Translations under genes and position numbers: made by a program
Source of the DNA: Planctomycetota bacterium
GTDB lineage: Bacteria; Planctomycetota; Planctomycetia; Pirellulales; UBA7805
Assembly: GCA_036337375.1 (NCBI GenBank)
Contig: JAYZEI010000204.1
Coordinates: 1-56,219, forward strand
Direction of reading: 5' to 3'
Length of the DNA: 56,219 nucleotides
The notes under the pieces: model-generated
Database searches by the model: none
Told to the model about the DNA's origin: nothing
What the model saw: only the letters and a program-made list of their open reading frames with translations
Shown here: piece by piece, positions 17,770 through 29,800 of the stretch
How the letters are laid out: each line of letters starts with the position of its first letter
How positions within the stretch are numbered: the stretch's first letter is position 1

Positions 17770-19041
17770 TTACAGCGCCCGCCGGATGCGTCGGCGCGGG
17801 CGGCCTCCCGGCTTTAACGGAGGCGCTGGTTTCGCGGCGGCATCATCCTTCGGCTCTTGTTCCTGCTTGACTGGAACCGCAACCGACTCGAAGTCCCGCA
17901 TCTCGTCACGGACCAACAGTTTGTTAATCCGCACCTCGATTCGAGTAAGTTCACCGCCTTCTTCCGGAGTAACAAACGAATAGGCGACACCCTCCTTGAG
18001 CCCTTCTTTGCTCATGCGTCCCGTCCGGCCAACTCGGTGGACATAGTCGTCGCAAAACGCCGGAATGTCGTAATTAATAATGTGTGAAATGCCGGTGACA
18101 TCAATTCCCCGGCCAACGACATCGGTCGCAATCAAGATCTGTACCTTCCCTTCTCGAAAACGAGACATGACGCGATCGCGGGCACTTTGAGCCAGATCTC
18201 CGTGAATACAGGAGACGTTGTGCTTGTGTTTTTTCAGCCGGTTGGCAATCTGGTCCGTGCGGCGTTTTGTGCGGCAAAACACAATGGCCTGCCTCGGCTG
18301 CTCGCGCTGAAGGAGCCTCTGCAGCAGGTCGTATTTCCGGTTTTGATCAACCGTAAAATAAAACTGTTCGATGGTCCCTGCCGCGATATCCTGCGGCGAA
18401 AAATCGAGCGACTCTGGATTCTGCATGTAACGCGTGGCAAGCCGCTGGACAGGTGGCGGCACCGTTGCGCTGAGCAGCATCGTCTGACGATCTCTCGGGC
18501 AGCGTCGCAGGATTTTTTCGATATCCGGCCTGAATCCGATATCCAGCATTCGGTCGGCCTCGTCCAGAACTACGAACAAAATATTGCCTAGGTCAAGAGT
18601 CCCGCGACTGAGATGGTCCAAGACACGGCCGGGGGTGCCAATTACAATGTCGATCCCTCGCGCGAGTTTTTCAATTTGGCTGCGGATCGGTTTGCCGCCA
18701 TATACCGCAGCGACTTTAGCTTTTTGCCCGTGCGCCAGCTTAACGACCTCGCCACACACCTGAACAGCCAATTCACGGGTAGGCACGAGCACTATCGCCT
18801 GAGGCCCGCGCGACCTAGTTTGCTGAAGCTGTTCCAAAATCGGAATTGCGAACGCCGCGGTCTTGCCCGTGCCCGTTCGGGCCTGGCCAATAACATCGGC
18901 GCCGTCGAGCGCACGCGGAATCAAACCGGCTTGAACTGGTGTGGGCGCAGCATACTCGGCATGCTCGACTGCCTTCATCATGATGTCAGACAGCCCCAAG
19001 TCCGAAAAACCCACGTCGTTATGCGGCAGCGCCTCGGTCAT
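17770..19041 (-). CDS. DEAD-box ATP-dependent RNA helicase (RhlE/DeaD-like)
   Basis: Q motif (APTPVQ), motif I AQARTGTGKT, motif Ia PTRELA, motif II VLDEADRM, motif III SAT, motif VI HRVGRTGR, and a basic C-terminal tail (GRPRRRIRRAL). Confidence 0.92.
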   Translation of the reverse strand: MTEALPHNDVGFSDLGLSDIMMKAVEHAEYAAPTPVQAGLIPRALDGADVIGQARTGTGKTAAFAIPILEQLQQTRSRGPQAIVLVPTRELAVQVCGEVVKLAHGQKAKVAAVYGGKPIRSQIEKLARGIDIVIGTPGRVLDHLSRGTLDLGNILFVVLDEADRMLDIGFRPDIEKILRRCPRDRQTMLLSATVPPPVQRLATRYMQNPESLDFSPQDIAAGTIEQFYFTVDQNRKYDLLQRLLQREQPRQAIVFCRTKRRTDQIANRLKKHKHNVSCIHGDLAQSARDRVMSRFREGKVQILIATDVVGRGIDVTGISHIINYDIPAFCDDYVHRVGRTGRMSKEGLKEGVAYSFVTPEEGGELTRIEVRINKLLVRDEMRDFESVAVPVKQEQEPKDDAAAKPAPPLKPGGRPRRRIRRAL

Positions 19042-19822
19042 CGTCTATCTACGTTATCTAAAGAATTCTCAACCAGTAAACTGCACCGCCCACCACTAAC
19101 TAACCCTAGCAGGCACAATGACTTCCGTCAACTCAAGATATACTCGGCGCAAAAAAACAGCCTGTCTTGTTCCGCTTAGACTAGCCGACTTGAACCTATT
19201 CACCCGCTCGTCAGACTTCCCGCCGCAAAAACTGTAGACCGGTTACTTCTTCTTGGATCCTTTTTCGCCGACGCCATCGCCTCCCTTTTCATGGCAACCT
19301 TTCTCTCGATTGCCACCTTTCAAACTCTTCAAACCACAGTCCATCTGCTGAACATTTCTTCGGCCGCGTGCACGGCACTGCGACAGGCGAGAATGGAACC
19401 AAGCCGCATCAGCGCAGAAAGTTTCAATACAGGCAGAATTAGACCACTATCCACCGGCGGTCATTACGTCACTCGTGATGAAACAGACCATCACAAACGC
19501 GATGCTCAGCGCCAAGTTAATCGTATCGGGCGTCATGCCGTTAAATCCTATAGCTGTTATTGCCGCATCCTAGGGCACCAATAGTTCAATAGTTAGTTTC
19601 GCCGTGTAGCGTACAGGTTGTTTCGGCAATCTAAGCAGGCAGCAATTACTTCGCGGTCCGGCGGTCAATCAATGCGGCCAGCGTGGCAACTTTGCGCAAC
19701 TCCAACATTCGCTACGACACTCGCGAAGACCCGTACGCTGAGCAGGCACATGCGGGCGACCGTACAATTCGTGCACACCATTCGTGGCAACCGCCAGCGG
19801 CGGAATAACCGTGCGCGGCAGC

Positions 19823-21409
19823 CTAAGACCAACGGCCGCCACTACCATTCTCGTCGCCCTTACCCTCTTGGTCGTTTCCGCTACTGACGGCCGAGATATA
19901 TTGCGACCAACTTTCGAGCTGTTCGATGGTCAGGCTGTTCTCGCGAGTGATTTCGTGCTTCAATTCGGTTTCCGTTCCTTGCACTTTCACCATGATCGTC
20001 AGCCGGCCGTTCTCCAGATATCGAAAACGCACATCGATTGGCGTCTCCGCCGGCAAATCTTGCGGTAGGTCCCGAACGACACACTTGCCAATCTGCGAAC
20101 AGTCCTCTGGAGTGGCGCTTTCACCTTCGACGATTTGGACCAGAATGGACTTCTGCCCGGCTCGTTGCGTCTTGAAAACCCGTCGGGCACTCACCGGCAA
20201 CGGCGTGTTCCGCGGGATCAAGATCGCGTTACGGCGGCGCTGCGTTTTGGGGTCGGTCGCCACGACTCCGAGACTATGGGAATTGACATTCTTGATGTCA
20301 AAAGCGGGCGGCGCACCACCCGCTTTGTCCAGTATCAGCTTGGCTCGCAGCGCCGCACCGTGCGCGACAGCCTCGTCGGCAGATACACTGCGGTCCGGCT
20401 CTTTGCCGGTCAGCCGTTTGAGCATCTCGATCACCATGGGCATCCGCGTCGAGCCACCCACCATCAGCACGAGATCAATCTGGTCCCAGCTCAGACCCGC
20501 GGCCTGCAGCGTTTGTCGCGTGGTGAATTCGGTTCGGTCAAGCAAATCCCGCGTTATTTCCTCAAAGCGTTCTCGGGTCATTTCGATACGCACGGCCTGA
20601 CCGCGATAGTCGCACGTGACGGACACTTTATTGCGGGCAGAAAGTGTCCGCTTGGCATCTTCGCACTCGCGCCAAAGCCGTCCGAAAGTGCAAGGATCCT
20701 CGCGTGGGTCGAGTCCGTGATTTCGAATGAACTCTTCAGCCACAAAATCCACGATCCGCTGATCCCAGTCTCGCCCTCCCAGTAACACGTCGCCGTCGGT
20801 CGCCAGTGCCGTAAAATCCGTCCCGCTAATTTCCATGACGGTAACGTCAAACGTACCACCACCTAGGTCGTACACCAAAATTTTCTTGTCTTCTTTGTCG
20901 TCCCCATCGCCCGTGAGGACTCCCGTGGAATAGCCGAAGGCGATGGCAGCGGCCGTCGGCTCGTTGATGATGTCCAGAACCTCGAAACCCGCCATCTGAC
21001 CGGCGTCTTGCGTGGCCTTTCGCCGCACTTCGTCGAAGTACGCGGGCACCGTAATAACAACTTTATTGATCGGGCCTATCTGCTGCTCGGCGTCATTTTT
21101 CAACTTACGGAGGATGAACGCCTGAATCGCCTCGGGCGGATACTGGCGGCCCTCGAGCAATTTATGAAATGCGCGATGCCCTAAATCGCGCTTGGCACAT
21201 TCGGCCACCGCTTCGGCGTCCGTGGCGACAGCCTTCAACGCTTCCTTGCCGACGACCACCGTGCTTCCTTCGAACAACACGGCGCTGGGCGTCACCAAAT
21301 CGCCTTCCGCATTGACCAACGTCGTGGGGCGGCCCGACTCATCCACATATGCGACCGCCGAATAGGTAGTCCCCAAGTCGATGCCGAAAGGCTTATTATT
21401 TGTTGTCAT
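19823..21409 (-). CDS. Hsp70-family protein. It has a nucleotide-binding domain plus the beta-sandwich substrate-binding domain, but no helical lid (528 aa).
   Basis: [15 protein letters not shown] (phosphate 1), [12 protein letters not shown] (phosphate 2) and GGSTRMPMV (adenosine). Ends after the SBD-beta region. Paralogous to the gene at 36283-38277. Confidence 0.85.
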   Translation of the reverse strand: MTTNNKPFGIDLGTTYSAVAYVDESGRPTTLVNAEGDLVTPSAVLFEGSTVVVGKEALKAVATDAEAVAECAKRDLGHRAFHKLLEGRQYPPEAIQAFILRKLKNDAEQQIGPINKVVITVPAYFDEVRRKATQDAGQMAGFEVLDIINEPTAAAIAFGYSTGVLTGDGDDKEDKKILVYDLGGGTFDVTVMEISGTDFTALATDGDVLLGGRDWDQRIVDFVAEEFIRNHGLDPREDPCTFGRLWRECEDAKRTLSARNKVSVTCDYRGQAVRIEMTRERFEEITRDLLDRTEFTTRQTLQAAGLSWDQIDLVLMVGGSTRMPMVIEMLKRLTGKEPDRSVSADEAVAHGAALRAKLILDKAGGAPPAFDIKNVNSHSLGVVATDPKTQRRRNAILIPRNTPLPVSARRVFKTQRAGQKSILVQIVEGESATPEDCSQIGKCVVRDLPQDLPAETPIDVRFRYLENGRLTIMVKVQGTETELKHEITRENSLTIEQLESWSQYISAVSSGNDQEGKGDENGSGGRWS

Positions 21410-21732
21410 CTCTACTTTGTCTGTTCCGGAAAAAGAAATAGCCCGCGGTACCGTCGCGGCGGACTCGTAAATCGTTCAATTCGCCCCTTACCCCACCATT
21501 TTAAGTGAAGCTGAAAGGATAGCAAAGGTCCGGCCTTCCAGGGACGCAGCGATCCGGCCGCAGGCTGCCTAATCATCCAACGCCTCATCACACAATGCGT
21601 CCGTCGGAAAGAAGCTACTCTGCTCACATGTACTTTGGGTTACTAATTCGCCATCCGGAAACTACCCGCCTTTCGACCCAGCCGTTTCGTTTTTTCTCGA
21701 ACTACACACAGGTCTATTGACTCCCTGCCTTA

Positions 21733-21751
21733 TAGTGTAACAATTACACTA
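21733..21751. promoter_or_regulatory. Perfect 8-3-8 palindrome TAGTGTAAcaaTTACACTA 6 bp upstream of the pncB start (candidate NrtR operator)
   Basis: Read directly from the sequence. It lies in the divergent Hsp70/pncB intergenic region. An NrtR-type regulator is encoded three genes downstream. NrtR operators are typically palindromes of about 21 bp placed in front of pncB or nad genes. Confidence 0.45.
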
Positions 21752-21756
21752 AGATA

Positions 21757-23241
21757 GTGGAGAATCCAACAGTGACCATCAGACAACCGCCCCAAGCCGA
21801 CGACCTCGCACTGCTAACAGATCTTTACCAGCTGACGATGGCCTTGGGATATTGGAAAGTCGGTCGCGGAGAAGAGCGGGCGGTATTCCACCACTTTTTT
21901 CGTGAAAATCCGTTCCGCGGCAGTTACGCCGTGGCTGCCGGACTGGCTGACGTCATTGAATACTTAAATAACTTGAAGTTTTCCAACACAGCGATCGAAT
22001 ACCTGGCGAGCCTGACGGGCAATGACGGGCAGCGATTATTTCCGAATGAGTTTCTAACTTATTTACGAAACCTCGAGTTTGCGTGCGACGTCGACGGGAT
22101 TCCCGAAGGCACGGTTGTATTTGCACAGGAGCCACTGATTCGCGTCTGCGGCTCAATACTTCAGTGTCAAATCGTCGAAAGCGCGCTGCTGAACTTTGTC
22201 AACTTTCAAACGCTTGTGGCCACCAAGGCCGCGAGAATCTGCGAGGCAGCAGCAGGCGACGCGGTCATCGAATTCGGCTTACGCCGCGCACAGGGAATGA
22301 ACGGCGCGCTGGCCGCCAGTCGAGCGGCCTACCTTGGCGGCTGCGTTGCCACGTCAAACGTACTGGCCGGAAAGCGGTTTTCGATTCCGGTCAAGGGCAC
22401 GCATGCGCATAGCTGGGTCATGTCGTTTGACGATGAAGCAGAGTCCTTCAATCAATACGCCGACGCGCTACCCAACAATTGCATTTTTCTCGTCGATACA
22501 TTCGATACCATTGGCGGTGTTCGCCGGGCAATTGCGACGGGGCATCGCTTGCGCGAACAGGGACACGAAATGGCCGGCATTCGTCTCGATTCAGGCGACT
22601 TGGCCTACCTCAGTATTGAGTCGAGACGGTTGCTGGACGAAGCGGGATTTCCGGACGCGGCGATTGTTGCCAGCAACGATCTCGACGAACAGATGATCCA
22701 CGATCTCAAGCAGCAAGGTGCCAAGATCAACGTCTGGGGCGTCGGCACGAAACTCGCCACGGCTTACGATCAACCAGCGCTCGGGGGCGTTTATAAGCTG
22801 ACGGCGATTCGCAAGCCCAGCGGAGATTGGCAACATCGAATCAAACTTTCGGAGCAGCCCATCAAAGTCACGACGCCCGGCATCCTACAAATCCGGCGAT
22901 TTCGTCGGCAAGACACCTTGATCGCGGACATGATTTACGACGAGCTAACGGGAATTGCCGAACCGACGCAAATCGTCAAAACCAAAGACGCGACGCCAGA
23001 GTGCCGAATCAACGTAACAAGTGAATATGATGACCTTTTGGTGCCCATCTTTCGCCAGGGCACAAAAGTTTATCAGTCGCCCGCGTTGGACGAGTCGCGG
23101 ATGCTGGTGAAATCGCAACTGCGATCGCTGCATCCAGGTGTGCGCAGGCTGCGAAACCCGAACGAATTTCCGGTCGGCTTGGAGGCAAATCTGTTTGAGT
23201 TAAAAACCAGGCTCACCCGGGAGGTGCGCAATGGTATTTAG
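21757..23241 (+). CDS. pncB: Nicotinate phosphoribosyltransferase
   Basis: LLTDLYQLTMALGYWK, with conserved NAPRTase regions, over 494 aa. Starts at a GTG. Confidence 0.9.
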   Translation: MENPTVTIRQPPQADDLALLTDLYQLTMALGYWKVGRGEERAVFHHFFRENPFRGSYAVAAGLADVIEYLNNLKFSNTAIEYLASLTGNDGQRLFPNEFLTYLRNLEFACDVDGIPEGTVVFAQEPLIRVCGSILQCQIVESALLNFVNFQTLVATKAARICEAAAGDAVIEFGLRRAQGMNGALAASRAAYLGGCVATSNVLAGKRFSIPVKGTHAHSWVMSFDDEAESFNQYADALPNNCIFLVDTFDTIGGVRRAIATGHRLREQGHEMAGIRLDSGDLAYLSIESRRLLDEAGFPDAAIVASNDLDEQMIHDLKQQGAKINVWGVGTKLATAYDQPALGGVYKLTAIRKPSGDWQHRIKLSEQPIKVTTPGILQIRRFRRQDTLIADMIYDELTGIAEPTQIVKTKDATPECRINVTSEYDDLLVPIFRQGTKVYQSPALDESRMLVKSQLRSLHPGVRRLRNPNEFPVGLEANLFELKTRLTREVRNGI

Positions 23242-23356
23242 GCATCGCTCTGCGACCCAAACCGCCGGCCGGGACCGATTCCTCCTCCTTCGCTGTCCCG
23301 TCGGGTTACCGTGAAAATGCTACAACTCGCGCTGTGCAACCAATAAGGCCACAAAC

Positions 23357-25354
23357 ATGCAACTGATCAAGGTCGCTGCAACGGCAGTCAACCAAACACC
23401 GCTTGCCTGGGAAGCCAACAAGGCAAACATCCTCTCCGCGATCCGCACGGCCCGCGACAACGATGTCAGCATATTGTGTCTTCCTGAACTATGTATCACG
23501 GGTTACGGCTGCGAAGACGCTTTCCACGCGCCGGGTGTTTGCGAAACGGCGCTGTCGGTACTTAAGGAACTTCTCCCGGAAACGCAAAACCTCATTTTAT
23601 CCGTGGGCCTGCCGGTTCAATTTAGCGGCGGGCTATTTAACGCCGCTTGTCTGATCACAGATTGCCGGATCGTTGGATTCGCCGCGAAGCAAAATCTGGC
23701 CGGAGAAGGTATTCACTACGAGCCGCGTTGGTTCAAACCATGGCCCGCTGATACACACGCGGAGTTGGAAGTCGGCGGGCAATCTCATCCGTTAGGCGAT
23801 CTGATTTTCGATTGTGGCGGAGTTTTAATCGGCTTTGAAATCTGCGAAGACGCCTGGGTCGCGGATCGTCCTGGTCGCGACCTGTCGGCGGGCGGCGCAG
23901 ACGTGATTTTGAATCCCAGCGCCAGTCATTTTGCGTTCGGCAAACAAGAAATTCGTCGACGTTTTGTGCTGGAGGGATCGCGGGCGTTCGGCGTCACTTA
24001 TGTTTATGCAAATCTACTGGGGAACGAAGCGGGACGGGCGATCTATGACGGGGGCACCATGATCGCCAGCGGGGGACAGATGCTGCGGGAAGGCCCTCGC
24101 TTTTCGTTCCGCCACGATGTTTTGACGACGGCGATCGTGGATATCGACGCCACCCGATTGCAGCGGACACGGGTCAACAGTTTTCAACCGGACGTGACCG
24201 ACGAACGATCGTCACCGGTGCGGCAGACGTTTCAGTTTCCGAGCATTCCCCCCACCGCCGAGAGTGCCACGGTCGCCGCCTGGGAAAGCGGCGATTCTGT
24301 TAAGGAAGAGGAATTTTCCCGGGCTGTTGCACTTGGCCTGTTCGATTACCTACGTAAGAGCCGTTCCCACGGATTCGTTGTTTCGTTGAGCGGTGGTGCA
24401 GATTCGGCGTCCGTGGCAACGCTGGTCGCGTTGGCCATACGTTTTGCCATCGATGAATTAGGCATTGACGGCCTGCGGCAAAAGCTGGGTTATATTTCAG
24501 AATTGGATGGGCAGCTAACTCCGAACGAGATCACTCGACAACTGCTGACTTGCGTCTATCAGTCGACTCGCAACAGTAGCGATACGACTCGCGACGCCGC
24601 CCGCGCGTTGTCCGCCGCGATAGCAGCCGAGTTTTTCGAATTCGATGTCGACAATATCGTTCAAGAGTACGTTCAAATCGTGGCGACCGGGGTTGGTCGT
24701 GAATTGACCTGGGACCGCGATGACGTGGCGCTGCAAAACATTCAAGCTCGGGCGAGGGCACCGGGAGTGTGGATGGTCGCCAATCTGCGCGGTGCCTTGC
24801 TGCTTTCGACCAGTAACCGCAGCGAGGCGGCTGTCGGCTACGCGACGATGGATGGCGACACCAGCGGAGGGCTATCACCGATCGCCGGCATCGACAAGGC
24901 ATTCCTGCGGCACTGGCTTGTCTGGATGGAGCGGCAGGGTCCCGACGGCGTCGGCCAGGTAGCGGCTTTGGCCGAGGTTAATGCCCTGCAACCGACCGCC
25001 GAACTGCGGCCTTTGTCGGCCGGACAGACCGACGAGGACGATCTCATGCCGTACGAAGTACTCGATGCCATCGAACGCGCGGCCATTCGCGACAAGCATA
25101 TGCCGTTGGATGTGTTTCGTTTGATCGAAGTTCAATTCACTCAGTTTCCACGTGAGCAACTTGGAGTTTGGACGGAAAAATTCTTCCGGCTGTGGACTCG
25201 CAATCAATGGAAGCGAGAGCGCTATGCGCCGTCGTTTCATTTAGACGACGAGAACCTTGACCCCAAAACCTGGTGCCGGTTCCCAATTCTTTCCGGCGGC
25301 TTCGAACGTGAGTTGGCCGAACTAAAAGCCGCATTACTGAAACCTGAAGACTGA
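23357..25354 (+). CDS. nadE: Glutamine-dependent NAD+ synthetase (N-terminal CN-hydrolase domain plus NadE domain)
   Basis: Nitrilase-type domain ([18 protein letters not shown], the catalytic Cys region) followed by the ATP pyrophosphatase motif [16 protein letters not shown]. Length 665 aa. Confidence 0.92.
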   Translation: MQLIKVAATAVNQTPLAWEANKANILSAIRTARDNDVSILCLPELCITGYGCEDAFHAPGVCETALSVLKELLPETQNLILSVGLPVQFSGGLFNAACLITDCRIVGFAAKQNLAGEGIHYEPRWFKPWPADTHAELEVGGQSHPLGDLIFDCGGVLIGFEICEDAWVADRPGRDLSAGGADVILNPSASHFAFGKQEIRRRFVLEGSRAFGVTYVYANLLGNEAGRAIYDGGTMIASGGQMLREGPRFSFRHDVLTTAIVDIDATRLQRTRVNSFQPDVTDERSSPVRQTFQFPSIPPTAESATVAAWESGDSVKEEEFSRAVALGLFDYLRKSRSHGFVVSLSGGADSASVATLVALAIRFAIDELGIDGLRQKLGYISELDGQLTPNEITRQLLTCVYQSTRNSSDTTRDAARALSAAIAAEFFEFDVDNIVQEYVQIVATGVGRELTWDRDDVALQNIQARARAPGVWMVANLRGALLLSTSNRSEAAVGYATMDGDTSGGLSPIAGIDKAFLRHWLVWMERQGPDGVGQVAALAEVNALQPTAELRPLSAGQTDEDDLMPYEVLDAIERAAIRDKHMPLDVFRLIEVQFTQFPREQLGVWTEKFFRLWTRNQWKRERYAPSFHLDDENLDPKTWCRFPILSGGFERELAELKAALLKPED

Positions 25355-25367
25355 AACACTCGCGTCA

Positions 25368-26057
25368 ATGTCCTTCACCTACAAATATGCGCATCCAGCC
25401 GTGTCAGTCGATTGTGTCGTTTTTGGGCTCGCCAATGCGGCTTTAAAAGTTTTGTTGATTCAGCGAGATCAACCGCCGTTTGCCGGTCTCTGGGCGTTGC
25501 CTGGCGGATTCGTTGAAATCGACGAGAGCCTGGAAGACGCCGCACGCCGAGAGTTGAAGGAAGAGACAGGCGTTGGTCGAATTTATCTTGAGCAGTTGTA
25601 CACTTTTGGTGATCCAGACCGCGACCCGCGCGAGCGTGTCATCACGGTTGGTTACTTTGCGCTGGTAGCCATGAAAGACTACCGAGTCCGCGCCGCCTCC
25701 GACGCCCGCGCGGCCAATTGGTTCGCCTTGGACTCGATGCCGAAACTTTCGTTCGATCACGCCACGATCATCAACACGGCCCATCAGCGACTAAAAAATA
25801 AAGTCCGCTATCAACCGATTGGTTTCGAGTTATTGCCCAGCAAATTTCCTCTCCGCAGTCTGCAGCAACTATACGAAACGATTCTTGACGAACCGATCGA
25901 CAAGCGCAACTTTCGTAAAAAGATACTCAGCATGGATATCCTCGTCGAATTAGACGAAGTCGAAACCGATGTTGCGCACCGGGCAGCCAGACTCTATCAA
26001 TTCGATAAACGCAAATACAACCGTTTGGTCAACGACGGATTTAGTTTCGAAATCTAA
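25368..26057 (+). CDS. nrtR: Nudix hydrolase-domain protein with C-terminal winged-helix domain (NrtR-type NAD-metabolism regulator or ADP-ribose pyrophosphatase)
   Basis: Nudix box [31 protein letters not shown]-terminal region of about 90 aa is typical of NrtR. The gene sits between nadE and pncA. Confidence 0.7.
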   Translation: MSFTYKYAHPAVSVDCVVFGLANAALKVLLIQRDQPPFAGLWALPGGFVEIDESLEDAARRELKEETGVGRIYLEQLYTFGDPDRDPRERVITVGYFALVAMKDYRVRAASDARAANWFALDSMPKLSFDHATIINTAHQRLKNKVRYQPIGFELLPSKFPLRSLQQLYETILDEPIDKRNFRKKILSMDILVELDEVETDVAHRAARLYQFDKRKYNRLVNDGFSFEI

Positions 26058-26103
26058 CCGTCGAGCAAAACCACCTCGGACGCTTACGGGCATCGGGCAA
26101 CCA

Positions 26104-26724
26104 ATGAAGGCACTAATCCTCGTCGATGTTCAAAATGACTTCGTCTCCGGGGGGGCGCTGGCCGTGCCGGACGGCGACCAAATCGTGCCCATCGCAAACC
26201 GAATCATGCCGCAATTCGATCGTACTATCGCCACCCAAGATTGGCATCCCGCGGATCATGCAAGTTTCGCCAGCCAGCACGAAGGCAAACAAGTAGGCGA
26301 TGTCATCGACCTCGACGGTCTGGACCAAATCCTCTGGCCGGACCACTGTGTCCAGGACACGCCGGGCGCTGATTTCGTCAATGCTGTGAATCTAGCCCGC
26401 ATCGACGCCGTATTCCAAAAGGGTACTGACCGCGCGATCGACAGCTACAGCGGCTTTTTTGACAATGGCCAACGCAGGGCCACAGGTCTGCGCAATTATC
26501 TCGTTGACCAAGAAATTCGCGAAATCTACATCTGCGGACTGGCGACCGACTATTGCGTAAAATACACGGCGCTCGACGCGCGGCGGCTTGGATTTAAAAC
26601 CCATTTAATCTTAGATGCCTGCCGCGGAGTCAATCTGCAGCCGCGTGACGTACAACGAGCACTGGAGCAACTGCGGCAAGCCGGTGTACGGGTTGTGCCG
26701 AGTACCGACATCGCAGCAGTTTAA
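26104..26724 (+). CDS. pncA: Nicotinamidase/pyrazinamidase (isochorismatase family)
   Basis: MKALILVDVQNDF (catalytic Asp), the Zn-binding His region DWHP..DH, catalytic ...K..., and the CGLATDYCV nucleophile Cys motif. Start at the ATG at 26104. Confidence 0.9.
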   Translation: MKALILVDVQNDFVSGGALAVPDGDQIVPIANRIMPQFDRTIATQDWHPADHASFASQHEGKQVGDVIDLDGLDQILWPDHCVQDTPGADFVNAVNLARIDAVFQKGTDRAIDSYSGFFDNGQRRATGLRNYLVDQEIREIYICGLATDYCVKYTALDARRLGFKTHLILDACRGVNLQPRDVQRALEQLRQAGVRVVPSTDIAAV

Positions 26725-26864
26725 CTTGCGTGTGATGTCATTGGACTTGGTTGCCCCGCCATTGAACGCCGGAGGCTTCATTGGCAGAAACGTAATTGAA
26801 TCCAAATCTCCAAAGCCGCAACCACATTGGACGTGACAAAGTGCGATGGCGAACAACGGAGCGA

Positions 26865-29800
26865 CTATTCCTCGTCTTTCTCCAACTTTTCGATCAGTTC
26901 CCGATATTGATCCAGCGCGCCGTTGAGACGATCTCTGAGATACTGCATATCTTCCCGCTGGTCTTGAGAAGCCTGCACGAGCGGGGCCAACCAGCCTTGC
27001 ATCAGGTTGAACTGTTCGCGAACGACACCCAGAATGACGCGGGGGACTTTGTTAACCACCTTGATTTCGTGCGGTAGTGACGGGGCATCGCCGGGCTGCC
27101 CAGCCGCGGACGGAGGAGTGGCCGGAGGTTGGCCGACGGCGGGAACCGAGGCTTTTACCGACTCAACCGCCTCGGTTAGCGCCTTGAGTGCATCGGCTGA
27201 GAATGTAGCGTTCAACTCGGCAGGTCTCATTGAACTCTGGCCGACGATTTTTCCCATCTGATCCATACCCTGCGTCATCGTTTCACGGATGGCCGCCAAG
27301 CTGGATTTGAAATCGGCCAAGTGGTCGAGCAACTGCCCCATGTGCTCGACCTCTCCGTCGTTAGAAGTGAGTTGTTGAACGCCGGACGTTAGAGCGTTAC
27401 GGATCGAATCGAGGCCGTCGCTGAACACATCCATCTGTGCGATCACCTGTCCGAATTTGTCACCTTCGTCCAGGCCACGGAATTTTAGGTTCCGCGAAAA
27501 GGTCCTCTTAATCTGCTCCCAACGGTTGTTTTCCTCTTCGCTAAGCATGCCGGTCAATTCTTTAAACTTCAGTAAGTTCGCTTCGGCACCGGTCGTCAGT
27601 GTTTGCGAATCCTGCTCGTAGGCCGAAACGATTAGCGTTTGTAGCTCATCGTCATTCATGATCGGCGAAATTTTTTCGGAAATTCGATTCATGTTCCGGT
27701 AGGAGCCTTGAAGTTTGAACGCCGGTTCGGTGCGGTAATCGTCTTGCATCCCAGCGCTGCGGATATACTCGCGATTGACCGCCAACACCACATCACGAAC
27801 TCGCATCAGTTTGCGCATTGTGGCAACCATCTCCGTCACTTCGTCCATCGAATAGTTGCCGTCCAGTTCGATCGGCTCATCCTCCGCGGCTTCAGCTATC
27901 TTAATGACCGAATAAATGTCATTCGAGCTGCGTGCGGCGAGTTGTGAGAGAGTCGAATTCGACGTGAGCGAATTTTCCAGGTAGCTCATCTCAAACACGT
28001 CGCGGCTATCGCCGATGATCTCGCCCAGATTGTAAGTGTCGGCACGATTGGCCAGCATGTCGGGTATCTGAAATTTCTCGCCGCTTTCGGTGTATGGGTT
28101 ACCGGCCATCACCACGCAAACCTTTCGACCGCGAAGGTCGTGGGTCCGTGTCTTACCTTTGTAGACGCCCTCGATTTTTCGCGTGGCATCGCAGAGTGAA
28201 ATGAACTTCTGCAAAAACTCCGGGTTGCAGTGCTGGATATCGTCGATGTAGAGCATGATGTTATCGCCCATCTCCAGGGCGAGATTTAGCTTTTCGACTT
28301 CCTCGCGGGCAGCAGCATTTGGCGCCTCTTGCGGGTCGAGCGAGGTGACCTGGTGGCCAATCGCCGGACCGTTAATCTTCATGAAAATGATGCCCAGCCG
28401 ATTGGCCATGTATTCCATCAACGTCGTCTTGCCGTAACCAGGCGGCGAGATAAGCAGTAGCAAGCCCATACGATCCGTCCGCTTTTCGTCGCCCGCCGCG
28501 CCAAGCTGTTTGGCAAAGTTGTCGCCAGCTAGCGGCAGATACACCTTGTCGATCAACTTATTGCGGACAAACGAAGTGAGCACGCGGGGGCGAAACTCAT
28601 CGAGCCGCAGTTCTTCACGGGTCTCGTCGACCAACTCTCGCTTGAGATGCGTGTAGTCGTTGTACTTCGGCACAACACTCTCGGCAAACCGCGTTACTCG
28701 CGTCATGAATTCGTTAAAATTCAATCGCTGGTTGCCGTCCCTAATCACGCCGTGTGTACCAAGCAACCCTTTCAGGTCACGCGTAACCGGAGTGTGGATG
28801 ACGCGACTTTCGTCAAATTCTTTTTCGAGCAGCAGCAACGCCACTTCGTCGCGGTATTCGTTCCATTGCGGCTCGTCGTGCTCGTCCAAAAATGCGGCTA
28901 TCCAATCTCGCGCGAGCAGAAAGCTGCTGACCGCATCTTTGCTCACAGCCTCTAGCGACGCTTCGAGTTCGTGCCGATACGCCTTCAATTCCAAATGGTC
29001 GTAAAACGCGCGGTAGATCTCGCTGGCTTCGCGACTGATCACCGGCGGCTCGCAGCTGGCGAGCTGCTGGAAGTCGAATTCTCCGGCCTCATCGGCCAGT
29101 GTCTCATCGAAGCCCGGTCGCTCGTTGCAGAATTGCTTGATCCTAGTTTGTAGTTCGGCAATGCAGTCGGCTTGTGTTTTCGTGTCTGCAAACAGCTTTG
29201 AGATCTTGCCGAATCCCTCCAGCCGCGCGGTAAGCAGCGGTTTGCGAATTTTGTCTGCCCAGGCTCGCCAAAAAATGCCCGCCAGCGCCCGCGACGAAGA
29301 ACTGTACGAAAGCAGGCCGATCGAGGACTTCAGATCGACCAGTGCCCGCAAATAAATGGAGGCGTCGTGGTCGTGAACACCCTTGATGTAACCTTCGCTA
29401 TATCGAGGAACCATGAACTTCTGCACGTGACCCGCGAGTTGTTCGTCGTCGCACACCGCAATGTCCGCCAGCGAGGGCATCTCATCAGTCTGCCCGAGCG
29501 ACTGCAACATCAGGCACGCCAGATACTCCGCCCGGTAGACGGTTTTGTTTTCCGACACGACTTCTTGATCCCACACGTTGCGCGTGGCCAGCAGTCTCTC
29601 GTCGGTGATCGGTTCAAAGAAGTTCGTGCCCGTCAGGTGATAACACAACTCACCGTCGTGCATCACCGTCGTCAGATCGAGCGACTGCACGTTAACGGAG
29701 AACTTGTGTCGGCCAAGCTGGATAATATTTTGACCGTCGACAAAAAGCTCTTGCCGGTCCTTCAGCTGACGGACGGCATCTTCGCGAATTGTCTTCAGCC

